Origin: Octopus vulgaris
Taxonomy: Eukaryota
NCBI GenBank assembly: GCA_951406725.2
Contig: OX597820.1
Coordinates: 123,070,001-123,134,000, forward strand
Length of the DNA stretch: 64,000 nucleotides
Direction of reading: 5' to 3'
Each line of letters starts with the position of its first letter. Within the stretch, counting starts at the first letter, position 1. A model generated the notes under the pieces. The model saw nothing but the letters and a program-made list of their open reading frames with translations, ran no database searches and was not told where the DNA came from. Shown one piece after another: positions 1 through 12,314 of this stretch. The translations under genes were made by a program, and so were the position numbers.

Positions 1-340
1 TGTTGTTGTTTACGTGATTAATAATAAACGAATAAGTACTTTTAGTAACACAATACTTTGTCGTATTATTTAAGCATATTCTTGGTGGCAAATTATTCGG
101 ATAACCATTGGATTACGTTTAGCGAAAGTTGCTTCATCAGTGATTAATTTTTTGTCAGTGGCACCAAACCATATTCAGAGAAAATGCTTCGACAAGGAAG
201 AAAATGGGAACGGACCAATTGTTCTATTCCCATGGGACAGGTCATTCCTCACACCCGCTGTCTTTAAATGTTTCGTGTATGACATTGTTAGTACGGGGTG
301 GAGGCGAGATGGTTGTCTTGTCACCAACATGCTCTCGTAG

Positions 341-507
341 CACGTGGTTCTAGAAATTCTGTGCGGGAACTGACGTCAGTTTCAAATTAATAAGACCATG
401 TGACATGCGTTGACCAACAGCAACCCATTACCCAGAAGTTTTCTTGGACTCACCTTCGTTTGGTCCACGTGCTTGGAAGAGTTGGGGTCGCCTGACAGGT
501 GACGTGG
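341..507. promoter_or_regulatory. Cluster of bZIP/bHLH motifs (E-box CACGTG x2, palindromic CRE TGACGTCA, TGACGTGG)
   Basis: CACGTG at 341 and 466; TGACGTCA at 371 inside the palindrome AACTGACGTCAGTT; TGACGTGG at 500; CCAAT at 215. Non-repetitive, CpG-retaining stretch. Function is inferred only. Confidence 0.3.
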
Positions 508-546
508 TCACAAAACTGTCAGTTGCATGGAGCTGAGTGAACTGTC

Positions 547-631
<85 letters not shown>

Positions 632-765
632 TACATACGTATAGGGTATTTATTTAGACTTGTATATGCACAGATAGATCAAAAGATTAAGTAGACACAT
701 ACATGCTACTTGCATACATAAGTAGATACATAGATACACAGGCACACACACACAATAAACATATA

Positions 766-816
<51 letters not shown>

Positions 817-2312
817 TGTGAGAAAGGGGGAGACAGAGGGAAGGAGTTAGTTTTATGCACAGAAGTGAAAATTTATGCAAATTATCCATCAATATTTTGT
901 CTCTAACCATAAATATGCAAAACTATTTGTGTATAAAACCAGTCAGGCGCGGTACGCCAATAAAATATATTGCAACCATCACGTTTTCCAGCACATTTTC
1001 ACGTACACTGGTCACACAAATAATAATCTAGATACAAATACACTCATATACATACACACACACACGTATACATATGTATATGTCTGTGTGTACGTGTGTA
1101 TGAGCCTGTGTGTTTGTGTTTGTGTTTGTGTGTGTGTATGTATTGTATGTGTGCCTATATGTACGTGTATACATACGTCTAAATAATCGAAACAATAGTC
1201 TGGTTAGAGAATATTTCTCTGAGAATCAGTCAAGCTATTCAACAGTGCTTGGATTAGGAAATGTCATTCAAGTTTAATGGAAAGATTATCTTATTGTCTA
1301 GCTTCTCTCGTCTACGTAATGAGAGGGACAACGGGACTGTAGAAGCTTGTCATTCTCTCTATCTCTCACACACCTACACACACACACACACACACACACG
1401 CACGCACGCACACCACCCCACCGTACACAATCTTACCTTCTCGAAAATTTTTCTACTTTCCTTATTGGAACAATACAAAGAAATCAGGAAATACGTCAAT
1501 GTAAATTAGTCATTCAGCCAACATTTGTTACCATCTTTTATTTGGACTTACCGCCCATTACATTTCGCTATTTTCATATTGTTTATTGCCTCTACCGTTG
1601 CTGCTGCTACAATTGTTTTTGTTGTAAGTGGTGCTATCACTGCTATTTTCGGCTGTATTTTTAGTTTAGCATTCTCTGAATTTGTTGTTGGAAACTAATT
1701 TATAACCATGTTATTGTTTTCGTTTATTTACCTTCTTTATTTGAATTCATTGTATCTAGTTGCTGGTGATAGCAACGATGAAATCCACTATTGTTGATGT
1801 TGTTGCTGCTTCTGTTGTTGTCTATGATATTTTGCCATCCTTTCTGATCATTTGGTAATTATGGTTAGTATTTACTAGTGTCTATACTACCTCTCTCCAC
1901 AATTTGATTATTTAGGAAAAATACTTGCAGACTTTATAGCTTTTATTTATGGATTATACCTTTTTGATCAACGTAAAAAAGTTATTTATTTACTTTAAAT
2001 AACTTTAAACAAATAAAAATATCAAGATTAAAACTTTTCAAGAAATTTTGAATTTTTTTTTACCAAGTATTTTAATTAAAATAACGAAATATTTCTTAAA
2101 ATGGAGTAGTGGTTGCTGCACATTGGGTTATATAACTGATCAGTTGGAATTGAGTTCGGTTCGATTGAACAACTAACAACAATAACAAGAACATAAACAT
2201 AGCGAATATGTTACAGAGGAAATGACAGACGTCAATATGTTTAACTCGTCATATAATTTGGAAATGTTCCCATAATAAGAAAATTGTTTATGCATGTATC
2301 GCTCGTTTCTGT

Positions 2313-2364
<52 letters not shown>

Positions 2365-2370
2365 TATTTT

Positions 2371-2620
2371 TATGGCTGCCCCCTCGTTATTGAGTATGGC
2401 CAATGCACGAAGCTTAACTGTTACTGGTGCTGTGATCAAATGTGACTTCATATCTGCCGGGCATGTGGAAGAGAGTGTAATTCGCCTGGAAGTCTTAAAC
2501 GACATGCAAAGGTACATGAAGCCCAGTTGCAACTACAGCCGGCTATTACCGGTAAAGGTTTTAGCTGCCAATTCTGTACAAGACATTGTAGATCTTTAGC
2601 TGGGCTAAAAAAGTCATCTA
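2371..2620. mobile_element. RTE-type LINE 3' fragment with two C2H2 fingers, internally inverted
   Basis: + strand 2448-2618 translates HICRACGRECNSPGSLKRHAKVH...FSCQFCTRHCRSLAGLK(SHL after a frameshift). 2371-2412 is an RTE-like 3' end on the - strand next to (TCTA)n. Confidence 0.7.
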
Positions 2621-2679
2621 TTTATTATACATACATACATGCATACATACATACATACATACATACATACATACATACA

Positions 2680-2715
<36 letters not shown>

Positions 2716-3618
2716 TATGTTTAGTGTAATCACAAAAATACGTCTAATGGGCCCGGCTGCATACTGCGTAGTAAACCAGTACCCATGAGTGCAATGTTTA
2801 ATCCTATGCAGTTTATATCCAATAAATTCAATCAGTGAAAATTATTTCATGATGAGAATACAGAATATAAAGTCACCAGGTATGCGGTTAATAGACTTAT
2901 TCCACCAGTTGATTTCCATAGGATGACTGCCGTTTCGCAGCCAACATCATGCAAATTAATTTATTTTTGCGTATGATAAATTATCTTGCATGTCTGTGCT
3001 AGTATGTATGCTATAAATTCGCATAGTACTATTGTAGATTTCACAAACGAATGCGGATATAGAAGGCCCGCGTTTCAGATCAAAAGAATATGAGGGTTAC
3101 ATCAATTTTTCACCTCCGATATACACATACAAAAAAATCCTCTTCAAATTCAAAACGCATGGAAGATCAATAATTATTTTTTTAAATTACTAATTACTAT
3201 AAAGAGGAGGAAAGGAGATGTTTTTAATATATTAAAAAGGAAATTATGCGTAATGGTGATGTATGTGAAGACGATGTTTGGTACAAGAGAGAAAGAGTCA
3301 GGTAGGTTATCGTTAATAACCTAGAGATAGTAATAGTAGAGAGGGAGAAAAGAAAGTGAAAGTTTAAAGGAATGAAAGAGAAGTTTATAGTGTGTTTGTG
3401 ACATATAGGGAGTAATATCAACAAACAGAAATAAAAGTTAAAACAGAATGAGAGGGAGGAAGATAGAGTAAGAAAAGTTCTATTAATATGGTAGGTCGAA
3501 GTACACTGAGCTACATTAAGGAGATAAGGTAGGATGAAAATGTAGCAGAAGCAATGATAGAGAGATAAACTTATTTTGAGAGTGTTTAAAAAGATGCAAT
3601 CAATAGTATAAGACCGCT

Positions 3619-3686
<68 letters not shown>

Positions 3687-3855
3687 GACTCAGGTAATTT
3701 ATAAGAATTGTTAGTATCGAAATAGGGTTAGAATTTAAATGGTCAACAGTTACGAAGTGTCTAAGTAAACTGTATGACTAATCCAATACATATATCTAGG
3801 GCAATAGAAAATAGCTATATACATATAAATATAAATAGGTATGTATATATATATA

Positions 3856-4032
3856 TCTTATATATATATAAAACTGAGAATGTGTGTCTGTCTGTCTGTG
3901 TGTATGTCTGTCTGTGTGTTTCGCAAAAATAATTTTGAACTTTTTGCCTAGAGCGAGCCCACAGCAATATCATATCTTCTCCGCTAATTCCCTAAAACTT
4001 GAGAACTACACAACCAATTTCATTCAAATTTT

Positions 4033-4040
<8 letters not shown>
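3856..4040 (+). mobile_element. Non-autonomous Helitron-like 5' end (Lep1-like)
   Basis: TCTTATATATATATAAAACTGAGAATGTGTGTCTG(TCTG)n...CAACCAATTTCATTCAAATTTTACAC. Same architecture as the 5' end of the Helitron at 30443-30830. Confidence 0.45.
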
Positions 4041-4092
<52 letters not shown>

Positions 4093-4095
4093 ATG

Positions 4096-5320
4096 TATGG
4101 TGGTTGTCTACTCCTTATACAGAGTTTGACCACCTCCTGTGCCTACAACTTAGAACCATCATGGCGTCTGATGTGGCTTTTTAAACCAGACAATGTTCTG
4201 AAAAGACACCCACATAGATTGCACCTCTGATTTGGACCACCAGGACCTACAGATAAGTTCTGCTCTTTGTGGATCTTAAAATGTCTTTTGAGGCCTCCGT
4301 TGGATTTAAAAACCTTCTGGCATACACTGCATTCAGCGATGTTCCTAGACATATAGGCAGAATAATTGGTGGAGGTTCGTTTTCTATGCATTTGCAGATG
4401 AGTTTTGAGATCAGCAAAAGACAGGCATGGTCTTTCACAGACTGTGCACACAAAAAGATTATTGTCATTCACCTTCTCGGTCGTTACATTTTTTCTTAGA
4501 TCTCTTTTGAGTTTTACTTGCGTTATTCTGGCCTCTTCAAATGCTTTCACTACACTCCAAGCCTTTGATCGCCATCCAACTCGATCTGAAGCAAGGGTTT
4601 CTATATCTTCTGGAACCATTCCAAGTGACTTTATAGTAGTCCTTATAAGGTCCTTAAACTTTTTTTTAGGCTTATATCGATAACGTTTCCCCTCTGCAAG
4701 GTCACCATAAAACAGCTGTTTCGGCATGCGTTCATCAGCCATTCGAACATTATGGCCACACCATCTCAATTGGTTCCTCAAAAGCATAGCTTTAATTGAG
4801 GTGATGCCTGCAGATGCAAGGACATCTGTGTTTGGAGCAAAACAACTCCATTTAATTTTTAAAATGCAATGAAAGCATTTTTGGTGGAATTCTTCTAACA
4901 GTTTAAAATGCCTTTCATAATAAGTCCAAGTTTCACAGGAATGATAAGACAAATGATTTGTGAAGATCCAGTTTTGTATTCTTATTTATATGTCTCCAAG
5001 CCACCGAATACTTTTGCTGCCCTTTGAATTCGCAGCTATATTTCTGCATCAAGATTTCCATCATTTTGCACAGAGCTTCCAAGATAGACGAATGAATCAA
5101 CAACTTCAAGTAACTTACCCCTAACAAAAATTTTAGCGAGGTTACAAATAGCACCACACGCAGGTTGATGCATTACACCTACTTTTTTCAAGTTGATGAT
5201 CAAGCCAATATCATGACAAGCTGGGTCAAATGCAGATACAAGAGATTGCAGACCTGTTTCAGAATGACTGACAAGATCGCAATCGTCAGCATACAAAAGT
5301 TTCTGCAGAGAAAATTATTG
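4096..5320 (-). mobile_element. 5'-truncated RTE-clade LINE (RT C-half, thumb, three C2H2 zinc fingers), frameshifted
   Basis: ORF 5036-5296 LLYADD...GLIINLKK...FVYLGS. ORF 4143-4952 CETWT...QLRWCGH..RM...RMPKQLFYG, then three CxxC...HxxxH fingers. Short 3' UTR ending in a (CA)/(TA) microsatellite. Confidence 0.92.
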
Positions 5321-6430
5321 GATTTCTTTACTTTGAATCTTATTTTAGAAGATACAGCTACCTCATCCCACTGTTTCAGGATGCTGCGTGTTTCATCCTG
5401 ACTTGAAAGAATGTCTGTAGTATCGTCCGTGAAGGTCTTTAGATATGGCATCCCAAAACGCTTTCCAAGTTCTTTTGGAGCTAACCAGCTCATTGCTGCC
5501 TTGAGGATAAATTTCATTGGCAACAATAACGATATTGGGGAGATTACCCATTGCTGTGCCAACTTCTAAATAGATCTAGATTTGTGTGTACAGTTTGACG
5601 AAGGATCGCATCGAGAAACCATGAAAACATTATTTCAGCATTTCTCAGATGCTTTTTGGAACATGATGCATCTCAAGACTTGAATCTATTATTTGTGCTG
5701 GACAGACCGTAGGCATTCGCCAGATCATGCCACACCGCATCAAGATCTCTCTTCTCTACTCTATCTTCTCGGATTGCTTCCTCAATCATTTGGGTATGCT
5801 CCACACAACTCAACATTCCAAGGATGCCGCCCTTCTGAATACGTATCCAGGTACGTATTCCGTGAGACATTTAGTTAGCCAAGTTGCCATAACAGAGAAG
5901 ACATTTTTTCGTCAACTTTCAGAAGTGATATTGGTGTGAATTTGATATCGCTTGATATCTTCTTTTGGGGCTTTCGTCCACTGGTCGCATGTCTTTACGT
6001 CCTTCCATGCTGACCATATCATTTTGTAGAAACACTCAAGAACATGAGATCATTTCTTGTACAATAGATATGACATTCAGTTTGGTCCCAATGATGATTT
6101 GGCCCTGGTTTTCTTGACTATTTTCCTTCCTTCACCCAATGTTGGTGGCTTGGTATAGAAACATTCCCCTGGCAGAGCAATAAAACCAAGCCCCGGATTT
6201 TAAATAGCATCTCAGTCGGTGGATTTGATTATATTTCCCTAAGATGCAGCTCAAAGATTCTTGGTCAGCTGTGAATCCCTCAGATTTTGACTTTTCAAAG
6301 AGGTTCGTGACGAATTTGGAAGGTGTCTTCAAGAAGCAACCTCGCATCATTTTCCTTCTGCTTCTTTCCTTCCTTCCTGCTTGTGCTTTGCTGAGGGCAC
6401 ACTGTCTCAATTAAAGGTCTCTCTAGAGAA
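5320..6430 (-). pseudogene. Degenerate RLE-type (HERO/NeSL-like) non-LTR retrotransposon RT
   Basis: Fragments: RKERSRRK..FLKTPSKFVTNLF; IQKGGILGMLSCVEHT..IRE...DLDAVWHDLANAYG; LKTFTDDTT..SSQDETRSIL...RFKVKKS. Many frameshifts. Confidence 0.75.
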
Positions 6431-7153
6431 GCAATTTTTATCAGTTCCTCACGCTACTTGATCATTCGTGGAGGCAAAGGAGAAACAATTCACTACAAAG
6501 TCTGTAGTTACGTTGTCGTAAACAAAAGGAAATATATCTATTGTCACGACTTTCATACACTGAAAATTGTTTCAACGCTATGAACTATAAACTCTAAATA
6601 TGTAGCATAAACAACACTGTATAACAGTATGAACATACTCTGGACATGAAATGCATTATATATAACAGCATAATATCTGAATTTTGTTGAGACAGAGAAA
6701 TACACATGACAGCATACATATGTGATATTGTTGGCGTCTGCGGTGGTAAAGACGATAATGGCTATTATAATGATACCAATCATTGTCGTCTTTACCATCG
6801 CAGACGACAACAATATTACATATAATGATGCTGATGGTTCTATTGTTATTTTGATGGGTGGTATTGCTGTGTCGTTACTTCAGAGTATTTCACTTATCCC
6901 GGAACTTCGTTACACCTACGTATTTTTCTCTGATCCTTCCCGCATTTTTTTACAGACTGGATTATCCTCGACTGGGGGATATTCTTCCATTTTTACATCT
7001 TCCTTATTTCTCCCTCTCTGATGACGAAATACTCATAACTTTGCTCTATGAAAACTCCTTGTTGTCTTCAGTACAATATGTCAAAGCTTATATAAACAAA
7101 TATTTATACCTACCCATACGGATATCGTAGTCGCACCATCATATACAAAGGTA

Positions 7154-7809
7154 TGGTGTTTTCATAACGCTAAGTTTAAAATCGTTCGATAAACCATTGA
7201 TCTAAAGGTCTTATTAATTTTTTTCGTCTGCCCGATTACAAAATGTGCTAATGGAGTAGCGAAGTGGTCTTTAGAGCCATTAGTTATCTATTTCTAGCGT
7301 GCAGCTGTGATAAATCTGCACCCTTTGATATAATTATATATTTTGTATAAAATGTTACCTGCAATGTTTTTATTTCACGCTAGCCACTTGATAAAATCAT
7401 TAAAGTGATTTAATACTTAATTCTACATTCGCTGCCAGGTTATTTTGATAAAAAGATGCACGTGATTGAGATGAGAAGATAAATTAGATTTTTAATAGCA
7501 TATACGTACAAATGTATGTATATGTGTGTGCGACTACGATGTTTGTTTGGGTATGTATAAGTATTTGTGTGCATAAGCTTTGACATATTGTACTGAAGAT
7601 AACAAGGTGTTTTCATAACGCTAAGTTTGATATCGTTCGATATACAATTGATCTAAAGGTCGTATTTATTTTTTTGATATCGTTCGATATACAATTGATC
7701 TAAAGGTCGTATTTATTTTTTCATCTGCTCAATTACAGCCTGTTCTAATGGAGTAGTGAGGTGGTTTTTAGAGCCATTTGGCATCTGTTTCCAGCGTGTA
7801 ACTGCACCC
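7154..7809 (+). repeat. Diverged ~160-bp direct repeat (7154-7323 / 7605-7809); second copy has a ~48-bp internal tandem duplication
   Basis: Both copies share GGTGTTTTCATAACGCTAAGTTT...GATCTAAAGGTC...TAATGGAGTAG...TTAGAGCCATT...TGCACCC. TTGATATCGTTCGATATACAATTGATCTAAAGGTCGTATTTATTTTT occurs twice in tandem. Confidence 0.85.
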
Positions 7810-8409
7810 AATAATTCTTTCTACTAAAGGCACAAGGTCTGAAATTTCAGGGGAAGGGTTAAGACAATTATATCGACGCAATTACTCAACTGGTACTTAA
7901 TTTATCGACCCCGAAAGGATGAAACATAAATTCGACCTCAGCGGAATTTGAACTCAGAACTGCAACCAATAATAAAACTAGGAAACACTGATCAGTGCAG
8001 CGCCATCAAACTTTCTCAATGACCAAATGCTACATATCAGAGGAGGTTTCAAATAATGGTGTAGCTCAGTCAACGGTGGTGCCCCAGCATGACCGCAGTT
8101 TTGAAGCGGAAACATTTTAAAGAATATATCTATCTACAACAGATTGAAGGTGGTAGAGGCCCTGTGCAGTTAGAAATATATAATTCACAATCAATTAAAT
8201 CGTATGCGAATATCTATAAATTATGATTTAAAAACTGTTTTATACCTTCGAGAAAGCCGTAAAATATTAAGCAGAGGTCATGCTAACTGACAGACAAAAA
8301 GATCAAGAAGAAATAACAAACCCTGTAAAACGGCTACGAAACTGCAGAAAGCCGCCGTGATAAAGTGACAGCCAGAAAAGCGCTTATTTGGTAAATATTG
8401 GGTAAATAT

Positions 8410-8615
8410 TTCTTTACTACCCACAAGGGGGACAAACAAGGACAGACAAACGGATTAAGTCGATTACATCGACCCACGTGCGTAACTGATACTTATTTAA
8501 TCGACCCCGAAAGGATGAAAGGCAAAGTCGACCTCGGCGGAATTTGAACTCAGAACGTTAAGACAGCCGAAATACTGCTAAGCATTTCGCCCGGCCTGCT
8601 AACAATTCTACCAGC
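8410..8615 (-). mobile_element. tRNA-derived SINE family B (GGCGGCGAGCTGGCAGAA...GGTCGACTTTGCCTTTCATCCTTTCGGGGTCGAT core)
   Basis: Near-identical copies elsewhere in the window (13890, 18012, 29180, 42170, 50165, 54620, 57045). B-box-like GAGTTCAAATTCC. Confidence 0.85.
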
Positions 8616-8719
8616 TGAACCGAAAGGACATAAAGTAAAATACCGACAGCAGCTGAGAAGACTGAAAGCAGAGATGGAAAGGTTCTCAATTCTGACACGT
8701 GATCAAAGTCTCTCCACCG

Positions 8720-9330
8720 GAAAACCACTAAAAGCATGTAATGAAGTAGAATACAGTAATTGCAGAATATGTCGTGATGGGTAGAAACAATAAATCCTAT
8801 TGACACTGGTTAACCAGTATTGGCCAAGATGAAATATATCCACAGACATGACATATGCCACAGCTGAGACTTGTGCCACCACTACGGAATGACAACAAGA
8901 AAAATATGGTTTAGGCACACCATAAAAAATGTCTCAGAAAATGACGAAGCAACCATTCTCTGAGATATGCCGATATACACAGGTAACAGACAGACCAAGG
9001 ATAATTGGCCATACAGTGTTGTCAGGGACCGCGAAGAAAATATATCCTGAAATGAAACTAAGAAATTCTTGAAATATAAAGATCTGGAAATAGAGATAGC
9101 CAGAATGTTGGCCTTGAAGACAGAATCAATCAATATAATAATGGATGCATTAGGTATGGTTAAAAATATGCAGAAAAATACATGACCAACACATCGAATA
9201 TAATTTACACAAAGTAACACTGCTGGGCATCGCATACATCCTACGTAGAGCGCTTTCAATGCAGTAAAATTAAAGAAAAAAAATCTACAGCCCATGCCCA
9301 AGGCGTACAGAACTGCACTTGGAAGTGCAT
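8720..9330 (+). pseudogene. Degenerate R4/Dong LINE C-terminal (RLE) fragment
   Basis: TIL*DMPIYT..., KFLKYKDLEIEIARMLALKTESINIIMDALGMVK...LLGIAYILRRALS. Homologous to ORF 48846-49232. Confidence 0.75.
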
Positions 9331-10003
9331 TGAAAGCATTTTGTCTTGTATAGACTTGATAAGTGGTTTCATTTTGGGAATTAGCTTTATCTATTCATCT
9401 AATACAAAAGCGTCTTCTCAATGTATTTTAAGAGACAATCTTACAGAATTCATGTATCATAAGGCTAAAACATTTTTACTTCACAATTTTCAATTTGATA
9501 AGCTCCGCAAAATGTTGCCATGAAAGTCAATTGTTTTATTAATGTCTGCAATGCTTTGTTAGCAATAAAGGTAAATGATTTGTAAATTGAAAGCAATATC
9601 AATAACTAAAACAAAAATAATTGTGGAAAAACCTATGAAAACTAGTTTTATTATTGGTTGCAGTTCTGAGTTCAAATTCCGCAGAGGTCGACTTTATGTT
9701 TCATCCTTTCGGGGTCGATAAATTAAGTACCAGTTGAGTATTTGAGTCGATATAATTGCCTTAACCCTTCCCCTGAAATTTCAGACCTTGTGCCTTTAGC
9801 AGAAAGAATTATTGGGTGCAGTTAACTAACGTTAACTACCAAGCATTAATGGTAGTGTAAGGCTTTCATTTTGAAAATATTGGACTTTCCTGCACCGCCA
9901 AAGCAATTGAGTTACGTTCAGGGTTTAAGTAATAGTTTGGTTCCGCATCCTATCATTGACACTGCAATGCCTTCACAGGCAGGATATATAGATTTATGGA
10001 GGA

Positions 10004-10361
10004 GGAAGCACTCCGTCGGTTACGACGACGAGGGTTCCGAATCAACGGAACAGCCTGCTCGTGAAATTAACGTGTAAGTGGCTGAGCACTCCACAGACAC
10101 GTGTACCCTTAACGTAGTTCTCGGGGATATTCAGCGTGACACAGAGAGTGACAAGGCCGGCCCTTTGAAATACAGGTACAACAGAAACAGGAAGTAAGAG
10201 TGAGAGAAAGTTGTGGTGAAAGAGTACAGCAGGGATCACCACCATCCCTGCCGGAGCCTCGTGGAGCTTTTAGGTGTTTTCGCTCAATAAACACTCACAA
10301 CGCCCGGTCTGGGAATCGAAACCGCGATCCTATGACCGCGAGTCCGCTGCCCTAACCACTG
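10004..10361 (-). mobile_element. tRNA-derived SINE family C (OR1/OR2-like)
   Basis: tRNA-like head CAGTGGTTAGGGCAGCGGACTCGCGGTC...GGTTTCGATTCCC. Near-identical copy at 59770-60159. Confidence 0.88.
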
Positions 10362-10499
10362 ATATAGATCTACAGACCTACATGAATCTATATTGTTGCA
10401 GTATATAACATATTGTGTGGTACTTAAATCCCATAGGGATTTATTGGAAGCAGTGTAAAATTCAATAAGATCTTCATTCAAAAGCTCTCGCTATTATGT

Positions 10500-12300
10500 T
10501 GGTCAGGGGGAGGAAGGTAAGAAAATGTAACTTTATTCCTAGAGACAAACAGATGGTTCCTCCTTCCGGTTTGTTGTGGGCATTTCCACAAGCAGTTCTT
10601 CATATAATTTTTTGCTCTTATTCTCTCTGAAATCTCCTACTCCTTTGGGTTGTTTATTTTTAAAGTTGTATTACTGTTTGATATTTGGATGATTGTGTCA
10701 TGTGTGTTAGGATGCTAACATTTAGCGTAATATAGTTAATGAGCATGATGCTTGTATGTTGGTGTATGTGGTCGAATAATTCTTCATTGCTTGTATTAAT
10801 GGCTGTGTAGTTAATTTCTTTCTTTGCTTGTCTCGGGATGTGTGATGTGACTGTTGTTGCGGGTGTGAATTAGCGTTAGGCCTTTGTTTGTAATGGTAGT
10901 ACCCTTTATATTCGTAATGGGGCTGAAGAGGATGATGGCATTAATATTACTAGTGTGAATATTGTTTTGGATGGCGTTGGTGTATCCTTGCTGAAAAGCA
11001 ACTCTCATATTTGTTCGTATCTGCCAATTATTTTCTGTGTGCTTGCATATTTTTTAATTTGCTTTTCTTTTCTTAGGGTTAGTAACTTTTTTACCTTTGA
11101 AGCTCCTTAATCTCTCATTTGTCACATGACATGTCAGAGTGAGTATTGCCGGTTTGTGTTGCGATTGGGGAGTTTTCTTTTGCTGTTGTTTATGTTGGAG
11201 ATGTGGTGGCTCTTGAGGACGAACTTCTTTTTATTGTTCATTTTTGTTCTTTTTGTCAGTCTTGGTGTTGTTCTCACTGTTGTTGTCGTCAGTGCTGCTG
11301 CAAGCCTTGTAGCTGCAGCTGCAATCACTGTTGTTGCATTTGCATGCTGCTGCTGTTGTATTTGCTATGCTTTTATTGTTGGTGTGGAAGTTGTGGCGTT
11401 CGCAGTAGTGGATACCTTCTATCAGCTGTCATTTGCTATTATTCTTTTGGTGTTCTTAGGACAGAAAACAGTCAGATGATTAGTGTCTCTACACTTGTAG
11501 CATCGAAGCTTTCTGCCTTCTTCTATCATCTATTGTTACTGCCTCCTGCCATCTCTATCAGCTCCCCGCAATTTTGTCGCGTGTCTGAGGTTTCATCAGA
11601 ATCTCAGATTTTCAAAAACCATACAAACGCAGTTTTATTTTCAGTATCTTTTTATTTCTAGCAGCGTGCGATATTTCTTCCAAAACCACATATTTCGCTA
11701 TCCACAATAAGTCTTCTTCTGTTTCTATACTTTCGATTTTTACTCCCATTACGCTCCGTCGTGGGTCACTTGGCATTATTGGAAAGTTTTCATTTATTTG
11801 TGGTGTGGTGTGCGGTTTCTGGTGTATGGTTTCCCAGTGGTAACTTAGCTGCATGCATCCGAGCTGATGCACCTGTCCTTCAAAGTTTAAGCCTTGTCAT
11901 ATGTTTCTTAAATCTGCTTCAGTTTGGTTTGAAAGTATAAATATCTAATTTGTGTTGCTTCGTCAATAAATATCAATATAGATTTGTTTCCCTTTCTCTT
12001 TATTCTAAAAGCTATTGCGTTATATCAACGGCAAATTTTCTCTTTTGTCGATGTCTTTCTCAACCGCATTCATAGATCCACGATTGTTGTCTAGTGAGAT
12101 CAAATCAAACAAATTTGTTATTTTCGTTGAAGATACAGCTTTCGTGTTTTCCCTGCCGTTGCCGCTTCTATTGTTGGTATCAGAGATGTTGCTGTTCTTA
12201 TTGGTTCTTCTTAGTGTGCTGTTGGTGGGGTTGTTGTTCGGTGGCTGCCATGCTCAGTTGTTTTGGTACTGTTGTATTTTTGTTTGCACATTACTGTTGT
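10500..12300 (-). pseudogene. Degenerate retroelement ORF1/gag-like region with CCHC zinc knuckle
   Basis: 11460-11530 (-) reads IEEGRKLRCYKCRDTNHLTVFCP (CX2CX4HX4C). Flanked by broken ORFs and T/N/Q-rich low-complexity coding-like sequence. Confidence 0.55.
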
Positions 12301-12314
12301 TGCTGCTACTACTC

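Larger units (their letters stand above)
7799..9824. repeat. 183-bp inverted repeat pair (7799-7981 / 9642-9824) built on a truncated SINE plus its flanks
   Basis: Reverse-complement alignment by eye shows about 6 mismatches, and the non-SINE flanks are shared on both sides. Confidence 0.9.

Noticed and set aside
215-233. ERSE element (CCAAT-N9-CCACG)
   Set aside because: The second half reads CCCAT, not CCACG.
4143-4952. Host C2H2 zinc-finger transcription factor gene
   Set aside because: The fingers are in frame with the RTE RT thumb and are followed by a LINE 3' end.
7018-7040. CTGATGACGAAAT as a minimal hammerhead
   Set aside because: No stem II and no convincing stem I or stem III pairing.
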